Below are positions 13,901 through 20,410 of a stretch of 34,346 nt of DNA, in pieces. The notes beneath the pieces are model-generated. The model made no database searches. It saw only the letters and a program-made list of their open reading frames with translations, and was not told where the DNA came from. The position numbers and the translations under genes are program-made. Positions within the stretch are counted from its first letter, which is position 1. The number at the start of each line of letters is the position of its first letter. The DNA is from a virus (taxonomy: Duplodnaviria; Caudoviricetes), in the IMG/VR virus record IMGVR_UViG_3300027769_000079, positions 1 to 34,346 of that record; one strand, 5' to 3'.

Positions 13901-16195
13901 TCCTCTGCTTGGGAAATTGTTCAAGCACAAAGAGAAACATTATTAAAGAATAAATATCCAAAAGTTGATCTATCTGATGTAGCAAAATTTAATGAGTATT
14001 ACGCAAAAGAATTTTACGGCTTGCTTCCAGATGATTCTATTAAATTATTTAAGGGAGTAAGAAGCACAATAGGAGGCGCTTGGAGAACTGGAGAAAAAGA
14101 TCTAGCAACTTATTTCTCCACTAACCCACATGTAGCCGCCCTATACAGTGCAATGATAGGCAAAGCAAAGCTTGGCGATGAACTTCCAATGTTTGCAATT
14201 GATAGAAGGATATCTGATCTTAGAAATTTCTTGGGTGAAGGTGCTGTAAGAAATGGAAATGCACAGGGAAGCATGGAGTTTCCACAACTTCTTGGAGGGA
14301 AAGATTTATCAGATGTTCTTCCTAGTATGTATTCTTTGCCAGGACAAGTTTATGGTCAGATGTTTGGTGGAGCAGCAACATCATTAACAAAAATAAAAAA
14401 TTTGTGGCCAAAAGGTTTCCACGAAGGTGGTTGGGTGCACGCACATCCTCATGAGACCTCATGGAAACAGCATGTTCCAAATTATGAAAGCAGTGGAGGA
14501 CCAGGCTCTTACAATTCATCATTAGGTAAAGGCATGTTTGATGGATTCTCCATACCCTGGCTAGATTCTTTAGGTGTTAAAGGAATACACCAAACCTTTA
14601 ATAAAATTTTTCAAGGTGGAAAAAATAAAGGTATAAATGATGCTTACTCATCTTCTCCAAATAAAGGAGACTATGCAAATGCAGCTTTATTCCCTCTCAA
14701 CTTTGCTGGAATGGGAATAGGCAAAAAATTTGCGTCAATGGGAATGCGGCAAAACCTTGCTAATCTTCTGGGAGGAACAAAGCTCCCAGGCCAAATACCA
14801 AATCAAATTTATGAAAGCGCAATAGAAAAGGGTATAAGGCTAGAAAAAGGCGAAACTGGAGTAAATGAAACCTATCGCGCAATTTTAGACGGAGTTAGTG
14901 GTTTCTATAAACCTCAACTTGGAAACATGGAAACCAAAAGAGAAATGTTTGGCTCTATATTTTCTAGGGCACTCGGACTTCTTGCCCCTGCTAATGTACC
15001 AGTTGTTACAGGAAACTTCTTGAGACCAGGTGGAATATTTAGTCCAGATGTGGCAGCTCAGGGTGGTTCACTTTTAAAAAATATAAAAGGATCTACTACT
15101 GGTATATTTGGAGAGTATGATAAGCTTTCATCTGTTGAGGAGGCTATTTCAAGCGGGTATAGAGCAGCAATGATGTCTGCTATGAGATATGTAGATGGTC
15201 ATGATGGAAATTTAGTATTAAATCCAATCACAAAACAGCCAGGTCTTATAGATTTTGGAATGATTTTAGATTTTTATCCAAAAGGAGCTGGAAGCTTCAT
15301 CCCCTCCATGTTTTCGCCACTAAGACAACACGTTCCAAATTTAGTTGATGCAGTTGCTGACCCAAAAAGACAAGCATTTTTTGAGGGTTTGCTAAAAGCA
15401 AAAGATGTATTGTCTGGCTTGTCTAGATCAGACATTAAGGATATGTTAAAATCTGCTGGATATAAAGGAATAGATCTTAATAAAAAATTAAAAATTGTAA
15501 CAAATAGCATTAAGGATACAGTTAATGCAATGCCATCTGCAGTTGATGACGCTCTATTTGATGTACCAGATGCTCCATCGTGGCCTAGCAATGCCATGAT
15601 TGGTCCTGATGGTAAGATTACATTAGGTAAAGGCAAAAAGGGATTACAGCCTAATATCAGCGCACCATCAATAAAGGGATTCCCATCATTTGACACCCTA
15701 TTCAAAACACCAAAGGGATTCCCATCTATTAGCAGCTTGCCAAATTCCATTAAAAATGTACGCAATCTGTGGAGCACCCCAAAAGAAGTAACAGGTACTG
15801 GATGGAGTGACGTAGCAGGAAAAATAATATTTGACAGCAGTACAATTAACCCAGTGGTTAAGAATATACGCAAGCTGTGGAATGCTAAAGGATTCTCCGA
15901 AGGTGGACCAGCAAATGCTTTATCAAACCTTGGAGTCCCAATGTTTGAAGATGGAATTAATATGGTTCCTGCAAATATGCTGGCGCTGCTTCATAAAAAT
16001 GAAGCAGTTGTTCCAGCTAACATGAACCCATTTAATCCAAATGCATCAGCGGCTGTATCTGGTTCAGTGTATAATATTAATGTAGAATTAAATGGAACAA
16101 CAGTGACGGCAAAAGATGTTGCACTAGAAATACGTAATGAGATGAGAATTAAAGAAATGGCAGCGGGAGTAAATAGAACGGTGGGCAGATCATGA
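4940..16195 (+). CDS. Giant tape measure protein (3751 aa) with embedded kinase-like and ART-like cargo domains
   Basis: Directly after the chaperones. TP901-type TMP region (FLNAVENQTSTTLNDLVEAIPKAGPV...GANALKSGLASL), hydrophobic segments, Ala-rich coiled coils and the C-terminal GPGTATSDSIPAMLSDGEYV motif. Confidence 0.93.
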   Translation: MADEQIVTSIVAKADLSSLVSEVHRASSSLQQLQRELLASNKAISSSTKLANNLFRDTLTGSGQFSSHFVNLNSDVDKFGKNLDSGRLKLKNYFQTFREHATTQKGMIRELAKEQVMLQNSVLQPLGRNAQGLMQYNVMIPRGLDAIANSGKLARMEMQIMNRALSEGAGSLINWGKNTQWAGRQLTVGLTVPMTMFGAAAGKAFREADAELVRLTKVYGGLAATSASDLKAIREEVVETAKVLSKTMGASFKDTIALGADIAATGQTGNELLGSIAETTRLAVLGEVDRQDAMKATLSIQTAFKQNTQELTESINFLNAVENQTSTTLNDLVEAIPKAGPVIQQLGGDVKDLALYLTAMREGGISASEGANALKSGLASLINPTKQTVGMMSDFGIDVMGMVARNTGDTTGLLMDLQKALDSLDPLSKARAMEQMFGKFQFARMSALLNNLGKQGSQTLQVLDLMKASTADLADVASRELKMVTESASGKYKRAIEGLKAELADVGEEFLGVATKLITAASKILDFFTRLPDPIKKGLTFLAGFTALVGPLIMLTGVLANFFGYITKGVVQLRAFFMKANGWKMLTPEIIAAEKAALMVENAFYSDAAAAQVLHNALQKLVLDYQNLQAASMKNAVPVNPGVSTVAGSPVMVGGRRVVDPNDPYVGDPNTRAMSHIRPRDINNPATIFGGVPGAIPVNRGISRTPQMYMQDRLPNIEGLTSVKGISTGIVSGEAAKFHALMATLGMQTEQEVATLKKTIAMGGTVSRELLDTFDDILPITQRFAESAATQSALIVQQMRNAEITVDQAKARILALNAQIETDMGSAVSMYAAGRGRTIDLTRAPMMDQPVVDANGQFTLRDLYKKKANASVMEEFGRLRGVRTFGAPYSIQTTRMPKFNIGGDVESFGPGKTMVSGPSSINYDDRLGSVPLGGYVLNQQASMDPANAALVEMAPSTYLNNGGNITAALTPREVVFGPEIQRMPELYAAVDAANNGYSFGGQIMRGINSYGKEMSKSAKARMKEENFKRQYREYLKFINNPRYEDDIRIRMIMLDAAELSYERNLPIDKAINIATSNFDLAKAQSGGNDENFVKIRIKQVQGLERDGMVPRVKDAENSPRSGSKALNYQLNDVREAMLKNKKFAGVHDLISAVAPTTFLNDDGSPSIKGLHDKAHFRRKDLVGYTTSGYMGVAAVLPSGINNIMSILEGIGLSRDVLNLSADDARENLAVALKKTGLDKLANVDDIYTALQDDGLFKSKAQIASGNVVRANKDQRKSLSMLLEAAAKRSRWVFAGRPPRPMLVAGAYNKGGMIPGGSISRSRSNYGNISPLLKLIAPDKQLKILQQAREMSKATATGSYKDMPPVKYGHMVTPSSGMSYPIPGVSGLYKDSDGRLKFFKGVPNEISARAEVYGTRMAREVFGLDAPEQTIKTIANPLDPTGKSKLLGVESPFDKKFTTGGTVFSEDEMIRQTIASLVMNNKDLSPSNVYGNVLADVGAAGVFSKASANTAHADSLPSMIDQAMINLLGVKGGARKDFAVNTAPIAAGMTAKQYNRKIKSAMKKMHPKLIKFVATLPREDRAPYIKLLQRFEQGMDDATDFGPLHAVHVAAKRNSGGPIGGGPVRSGRYAYGAKNKKGSQRSGNPAKRAQDERSRAARAASYSTPSGSGYTASDNPQMQVQRAPYVGGSGISGNAFGAIQNQQSQQYINALQVSQIGQLPAGISRAFDSLTKTIVLKTTGLRYGITSSVPYINEAYSSFTRGIINSSKQQSAKLSNYVQTQTRDLKAGILREQAVRTNAAYPGMNMPVSMFGPGMVGEWQDIGQDGIRSRKVGALGYRQREYMLPDGTILDSNAAKAKGISAPRGGMGIGAQMGIGMAGNMAGMYLMQQQEIFGMKGSNVGLGVMAASSIAPMVPYARMGKAAKDAKNYVAALIAAGLTAKEVISALLAKGLSIAKMLGWVGKVVAVVASLAMAYKNVKDRQQDAAISLSTTEKAAEQAGFKYVSLTDKIQTYLDKQKLAAESAKTGSTASFSMPGIPRSVEDMKKAKKEGEGLKDLIESLNRAAVGEETQMMINNQKAQMVAAGMSIEEANRKIYGALANSNKAQQAYKYLADVQFGGIKDKASAAQVAVGNLVSVLANPSSTGQEISYGFEGLINTFDAATSSLIGTKDAMGNVIDEYEAYGIVMSSAESKFPSFGNEPIGTESFRALSEAQPLLADISNKSDSIKGILAKWKLFTSGINIDLKNIDSTLAIKLAGFTQAIGTGISELTAAADNATTYGATGAALAKLQKVISATSAASQRAAAASQRSAQEELKLIAKKIKLIDDEKNKKLESLRATQDASNYALELQKLQIQYQDALSRGDMAAANRAQLEIDQLTSNRQSELAQKAIEDAAARAKAPLEADALAISNAQDRAAASAAAGQDNAAVAGEITATIQKLQTRYNDLTTMALNAKVLPEKERLAQESEVRRQLIILVQEMQKAGTGSSLLAKTVRDAFPGYFDANGKPLAPVSTFTGSPRGFNPDGTPILSTNTVTNNSALTQFNKDIAAVEKLALGITGGMTIKQLAADIAKSLGVSDIRAKNPIGSGTSTSTKIAAITAKDGNAAGSAALKLGSQTRQFTLPDDPYRKYSVFTYNGKTYAIDPISGSIFNFDSSNNILGSVVKDRKKMYTGGKVSGPGTATSDSIPAMLSDGEYVFSAKAVDAAGGPDVVDNWHKALRRADGGPVYPSWKKPKSAYNSKNQPTGSPYGRYWGELERLYQSSPIGFDKNGKPIFNNAGKDPWGGVEIPGLPFSGKVGQFSDYWHQLAEQLRKSSGPGMGIDKSTPPLVGSGASAWTGGLLGGGGGGMLGYADGGLVKGQSAWSKVMHTAMKAIDPFKFGKHSLGYNFLGGKEIANVFSGTGKKSDYLSAALAPLGGFGRGAAKAPGAISKLTSEMKSFHMSDIDSKAMNALSNMDLSSIRIPETGISFSPASAKAGLEALKEGVTSSSAWEIVQAQRETLLKNKYPKVDLSDVAKFNEYYAKEFYGLLPDDSIKLFKGVRSTIGGAWRTGEKDLATYFSTNPHVAALYSAMIGKAKLGDELPMFAIDRRISDLRNFLGEGAVRNGNAQGSMEFPQLLGGKDLSDVLPSMYSLPGQVYGQMFGGAATSLTKIKNLWPKGFHEGGWVHAHPHETSWKQHVPNYESSGGPGSYNSSLGKGMFDGFSIPWLDSLGVKGIHQTFNKIFQGGKNKGINDAYSSSPNKGDYANAALFPLNFAGMGIGKKFASMGMRQNLANLLGGTKLPGQIPNQIYESAIEKGIRLEKGETGVNETYRAILDGVSGFYKPQLGNMETKREMFGSIFSRALGLLAPANVPVVTGNFLRPGGIFSPDVAAQGGSLLKNIKGSTTGIFGEYDKLSSVEEAISSGYRAAMMSAMRYVDGHDGNLVLNPITKQPGLIDFGMILDFYPKGAGSFIPSMFSPLRQHVPNLVDAVADPKRQAFFEGLLKAKDVLSGLSRSDIKDMLKSAGYKGIDLNKKLKIVTNSIKDTVNAMPSAVDDALFDVPDAPSWPSNAMIGPDGKITLGKGKKGLQPNISAPSIKGFPSFDTLFKTPKGFPSISSLPNSIKNVRNLWSTPKEVTGTGWSDVAGKIIFDSSTINPVVKNIRKLWNAKGFSEGGPANALSNLGVPMFEDGINMVPANMLALLHKNEAVVPANMNPFNPNASAAVSGSVYNINVELNGTTVTAKDVALEIRNEMRIKEMAAGVNRTVGRS
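15673..15881 (+). repeat. Short direct repeats near TMP 3' end
   Basis: AAAGGGATTCCCATC exact at 15673-15687 and 15712-15726. A 24-mer with 21/24 identity at 15750-15773 and 15858-15881. Confidence 0.85.
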
Positions 16196-16776
16196 GTTTC
16201 CAAAACTTATCTAAAGGATCAATTCTATACATAGAAGCCATAGACCCATTTGCAATTGATACTAGTACTAATACCTTTGATTATAAAGGTGCTACAGTTA
16301 CTCCACCAGGTAATATATATGATGCTACAACAGCATCTAGAAATGGTCTATCTCATTTAACAAGAACTCAACCAGCTTTTAGACGGGTTACTGAGCATAA
16401 CAGATCCCCAATATCATTAAATACAAATAGAATTGAGCAGTCAACGAGAATGGCAAACGGAACAACAAGGAAGTATTTTGTGGCAGATAAGATAAATATT
16501 GCCGCATCTTGGGAAATGGTTCCATCATTTAGAAATGAAACAGTTGATGGAGCCTGGGGAGCAGAAGATTTAAAAGAGTTTTATGAAAGTGAAGCTGGTC
16601 AAGGTGCATTTAGAATAAAATTAAACCCAACAGTATTTTCTCCAAGCTTAATAACAGATGGAGCACTATCAGATGATTATACATATACAGTGATGATTAC
16701 TTCTTGCGACTTTACTCTTGCAAAAAGAGGTATCCAGCCATTTTGGAGTATTGACATATCTATGGAGCAGGTATGA
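16192..16776 (+). CDS. Minor tail protein (distal-tail/Dit position)
   Basis: 194 aa, ATGA overlap with TMP stop. Motif EHNRSPISLNTNRIEQSTRMANGTTRKYFVADK. Confidence 0.7.
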   Translation: MSFQNLSKGSILYIEAIDPFAIDTSTNTFDYKGATVTPPGNIYDATTASRNGLSHLTRTQPAFRRVTEHNRSPISLNTNRIEQSTRMANGTTRKYFVADKINIAASWEMVPSFRNETVDGAWGAEDLKEFYESEAGQGAFRIKLNPTVFSPSLITDGALSDDYTYTVMITSCDFTLAKRGIQPFWSIDISMEQV

Positions 16777-19700
16777 TAACGGTTGAACCTGCAACAAAAA
16801 ATTTACTTAAAACTGGATTAAATGTTTCAACTTCAGCTGGTGCTGAGTTAGAGTACAATTTAAATTCAATGGTTGAGCATATAACGGCAACATCATCTGC
16901 TTTAACAAATACATTTGCGGCTGCCTTTAAAAAGCTATTTCCAATAGATACAATATATAAACCATTTAGGCCCGTGTCCCCAGGAATTAAATATTTAGTT
17001 CATACAGATGGATTCACAGACACAAAAAAAGATTCTTTTGAAAACCCAAGGAATATAGAGATGGGAACAAATCCTAGACTTTATTATCCTGGCCCAGACA
17101 TGGTTTATAAATATTGGCTGGCTCCTAAGAATACAAATATTGATATATCTCTTGAGTATTTTTCAGATGAAGCAAAGACTACAGCCAAACTAATACCTGT
17201 AAATAAAATTGTTGCAAGGTTTGAAACTGGCCACGACACGCCAATCTCTTGGGTAATAAGTGTAGTTAAGCAAGATAACACAGTTGTTAACACACCTGGC
17301 ACATATATTAATTCAAGCGGTGAAGCAACAATATACTACAATGGAACTGCATGGTCAACAACAAAGCCTGATACATATACAACAACTCAATATGTAAAGA
17401 AGATATCTTTGACGGCAGTTAATTCAAATACAGGAAAGTTTCTAGGAGTAATTGAGTTAAGCCCTAGATGGGTTTTGCCAGTTGATTCAGATATAGTTTC
17501 TCTTTCAATAAATAAAGAAACTACTTCGGATGACAATTCAATTGTTCCAGTCGGCATAATAACTGCAAACTATTTAAATCTAACTATAACAAAGCCACCA
17601 TTACCTTCTAAAAAAATTTTTGAATACGACAGGGCATCAACATCAATAGATAACACAAAGGTTTATTTATTTAAAAATGTTATAATTAGGCCCTATATAA
17701 ATATTGGAAATTCCTCTAGTTCAGAAAAAGTTCCTCAAGGCACATTTTACATAAATTCCTGGACACTTTCAGAATTTGGAGAAGCATCTATAGATGCAAC
17801 AGATGCTGCAAAGATATTGCAGGACACATTATGTCCACAGCTATTTGTTGAAGACTCACCAGCAACATCTGTTATTAAGAGAGTTTTAGATTCAATTGGT
17901 TTTTCTAATTATAAGATAAATGTTGCAAAGGCTGATGGCGAGGTTGATGTTACTTCTATACCTTCATTTGGGTACTGGTGGTCTGATGGCGACAAGACAG
18001 TCTGGGATGTTCTTCAAGAAATCTGCAGAGATATTCAGATGAATGCTTTTGTAGACGAGTATAATGTTTTAAATTTTTATAGTAGAAATGTTATATACGA
18101 TAAAACAATTACACCAAAGTGGACATTTACTAGTGAAAATATAAACACTGGCGGAGTCTTAGACTATGCACCAAATATAATTTCTCTTTCAACCAAAGAA
18201 CTTTTTTCAGCAAACCAAGTTAGGGTTAGATATTCAACAGCATTTTCTTCTTCAAACAGCCAGTCATCTTCACCGCTTTGGAAGTCTGACACATCATTTT
18301 TAGGAGCTGGAGCTTTGGCAAAGACAATAGAAGATAACGATACTGATTTTTATCTTAATCCAAATACAGTGAACACTGCGAGAACAGATAGGATTATGGA
18401 TCAGTTCAATGGATATGTTTTAATTAATGGAGAAGTAATTGAATACGATGGAGTTTGGTATCAATATACTCCTGCAGAACAGAATACAACAGTTAACCCT
18501 CCTATTGACAAAGCCCCAGTTGAAGTTCTGATTAAAAATCAATCTGACATATGGAAACATTCAGTAAAAGCTAAAGCTGGCTATAAGTATTTTCAGCCTA
18601 TGAATAAATATAATATTAAAACAAGAGGAGCGCTAGGAACTTCAAAACCATTAGTACCCCATAAACCAGCTCCAGAAGATTACATTAATAAAGAAGGGGA
18701 AAATAATTCAAATAAGTTTAATCAAAAGAAGATTACTTTGGCCTCACTAGATCCTGCAACTTCCTCAATTGGAGTTGGGTCTATTAAAAATGTAAGAAAT
18801 TCTGATGAATTTATAAAGAAGGGGTATCTTACAGTTTCAAACCCAGACTTTGATAAGTCAACATTTACTATGGTTTTAAAAGAATTTAATTCTATTAATC
18901 TTTCCGACAACTACTTGTCATTTGGAACTAGAATGTTTTTTGATAGCCAGCTAAGCAGCCAGGCACAAGTTGCTGGCATAGGATTTTGTTTAGATGCAGA
19001 CGGCAAGAATGGATACTATGTATTAATTAGAACAACAGCTTACGCGGAATTGCAGAAAGACATAATGATTGTTAAGGTTAAAAACAATAAGCTTACTGTT
19101 TTAAAAGATAGCCAGCAGGTATCTACAAAAACATTATCTGGAATATATGCAGGAGCTTCATACGTAATTGATGCGCTAGTTAAAAAAGAAAGCCTGCCAT
19201 TCGGTGCAACAAGAAATGTAATAACTGTTTTTATTAATGGATATAAAATTACAGCAACTGACACTGGATCAGATTCAATAAATAATTATATTCCGCCAGT
19301 ATCTTTTACAAAAAATGTTGGTGTACACTGTGGCCAAGGAACAGCATATTTTGAATTCTTATATGCAAAAAGTCTTGACGAGAAAAAATATCTAGATAAA
19401 AGCGAACGTGCAATGATTCAGTATAATGGTGTTTATTCAGATGACACACTTTCAATGCTTTATGGAGATTTAATTTATAATTCTGGAGAAGTGGCTACAG
19501 TTGATAGCGGTGCCATTTTTGAGTTTGGAACTACAGCAAGAGAAATTAAAAAAACAAAGGTTTCTTATGACGATAGGCCAGCACTACCTATTCAATTTAG
19601 AACATCTTTAAATAAGTATGTTACAGTTTTAGCTGAAAAGCTGCAGCCTTTTGGAGCAGAAAGCTACGTCCTAAACAATACTTCAGTAACTGTAGCACTA

Positions 19701-20069
19701 GACGACAGTAATAACACAACATTTTATGTGCTTGGAAATTCAATTCAACGCTCTGGAGCCATAGATTATGATACAGATCAGTCTAAGGATTCTTCAAATA
19801 AAGAGTCTGTGGTTTTTGACTCCTCATGGATTCAGTCAGAGGCAGATGCTAAGAGCCTGGCGGAATGGATAAAGTCTACTATTTTAAATAAGGGCAGAGC
19901 TGTTAACATGACAGTTTTTGGAAACCCTATAATATCAGCTGGAGACATTGTAACAATAAATTATCCGCTGGTTGGAATAGATACGTCTTCCAACAAGTAT
20001 GTAGTAACAAGATGTACATTAGATTATAAGGAAGGACTAAGTACCTCAATTTCGTGTAGAGCAATCTAA
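16773..20069 (+). CDS. Large minor tail / baseplate hub protein
   Basis: 1098 aa. Hub-like motifs TVWDVLQEICRDIQMNAFVDEYNVLNF and C-terminal VFGNPIISAGDIVTINY. Internal beta-rich, lectin-like segment. Confidence 0.75.
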   Translation: MITVEPATKNLLKTGLNVSTSAGAELEYNLNSMVEHITATSSALTNTFAAAFKKLFPIDTIYKPFRPVSPGIKYLVHTDGFTDTKKDSFENPRNIEMGTNPRLYYPGPDMVYKYWLAPKNTNIDISLEYFSDEAKTTAKLIPVNKIVARFETGHDTPISWVISVVKQDNTVVNTPGTYINSSGEATIYYNGTAWSTTKPDTYTTTQYVKKISLTAVNSNTGKFLGVIELSPRWVLPVDSDIVSLSINKETTSDDNSIVPVGIITANYLNLTITKPPLPSKKIFEYDRASTSIDNTKVYLFKNVIIRPYINIGNSSSSEKVPQGTFYINSWTLSEFGEASIDATDAAKILQDTLCPQLFVEDSPATSVIKRVLDSIGFSNYKINVAKADGEVDVTSIPSFGYWWSDGDKTVWDVLQEICRDIQMNAFVDEYNVLNFYSRNVIYDKTITPKWTFTSENINTGGVLDYAPNIISLSTKELFSANQVRVRYSTAFSSSNSQSSSPLWKSDTSFLGAGALAKTIEDNDTDFYLNPNTVNTARTDRIMDQFNGYVLINGEVIEYDGVWYQYTPAEQNTTVNPPIDKAPVEVLIKNQSDIWKHSVKAKAGYKYFQPMNKYNIKTRGALGTSKPLVPHKPAPEDYINKEGENNSNKFNQKKITLASLDPATSSIGVGSIKNVRNSDEFIKKGYLTVSNPDFDKSTFTMVLKEFNSINLSDNYLSFGTRMFFDSQLSSQAQVAGIGFCLDADGKNGYYVLIRTTAYAELQKDIMIVKVKNNKLTVLKDSQQVSTKTLSGIYAGASYVIDALVKKESLPFGATRNVITVFINGYKITATDTGSDSINNYIPPVSFTKNVGVHCGQGTAYFEFLYAKSLDEKKYLDKSERAMIQYNGVYSDDTLSMLYGDLIYNSGEVATVDSGAIFEFGTTAREIKKTKVSYDDRPALPIQFRTSLNKYVTVLAEKLQPFGAESYVLNNTSVTVALDDSNNTTFYVLGNSIQRSGAIDYDTDQSKDSSNKESVVFDSSWIQSEADAKSLAEWIKSTILNKGRAVNMTVFGNPIISAGDIVTINYPLVGIDTSSNKYVVTRCTLDYKEGLSTSISCRAI

Positions 20070-20077
20070 TAACGTAA

Positions 20078-20086
20078 TGGTATAAT
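20078..20086 (+). promoter_or_regulatory. Extended -10 promoter, probably driving a leaderless mRNA
   Basis: TGGTATAAT ends 6 nt before ATG 20093, with no SD. Confidence 0.6.
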
Positions 20087-20092
20087 AAATAA

Positions 20093-20410
20093 ATGGGAAT
20101 TCAATCAGGAAAAATAGGAATCATAATTGACGATGATCCACGCCTTGCTGCTGTTTGGAAGGGCATTCCTGGACAGCTAAAAAATTATGAAGAAGATGGC
20201 GACGGCAATGAAGGCGGAACTGGAAACCCTGGAGATCCTAATAGACCTCAACGTAGTGATATTGTGTTCAAAAATTTTGTTGCATACAAAGATGACTTTG
20301 GGATAGAGAAAAGAAAAGCAGTTTTTAGAATTTATAATTCAAGCGTAGAGCCAATCAGTGGATTCTCATTTGCATTAACCTTACCAGATCAAGAAGGAGG
20401 AAGAGCATGA
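20093..20410 (+). CDS. Hypothetical tail-module protein
   Basis: 105 aa with an acidic Gly-rich linker; ATGA overlap with the next gene. Confidence 0.6.
   Translation: MGIQSGKIGIIIDDDPRLAAVWKGIPGQLKNYEEDGDGNEGGTGNPGDPNRPQRSDIVFKNFVAYKDDFGIEKRKAVFRIYNSSVEPISGFSFALTLPDQEGGRA

Noticed and set aside
4940-16195. Intein or intron as explanation for TMP size
   Set aside because: No intein-like C...HN-(C/S/T) termini or LAGLIDADG motifs were seen, and the ORF is uninterrupted.
4940-16195. Peptidoglycan hydrolase domains (lytic transglycosylase, M23, NlpC/P60) in the TMP
   Set aside because: I could not find their signature motifs by eye; absence is not proven without an HMM search.
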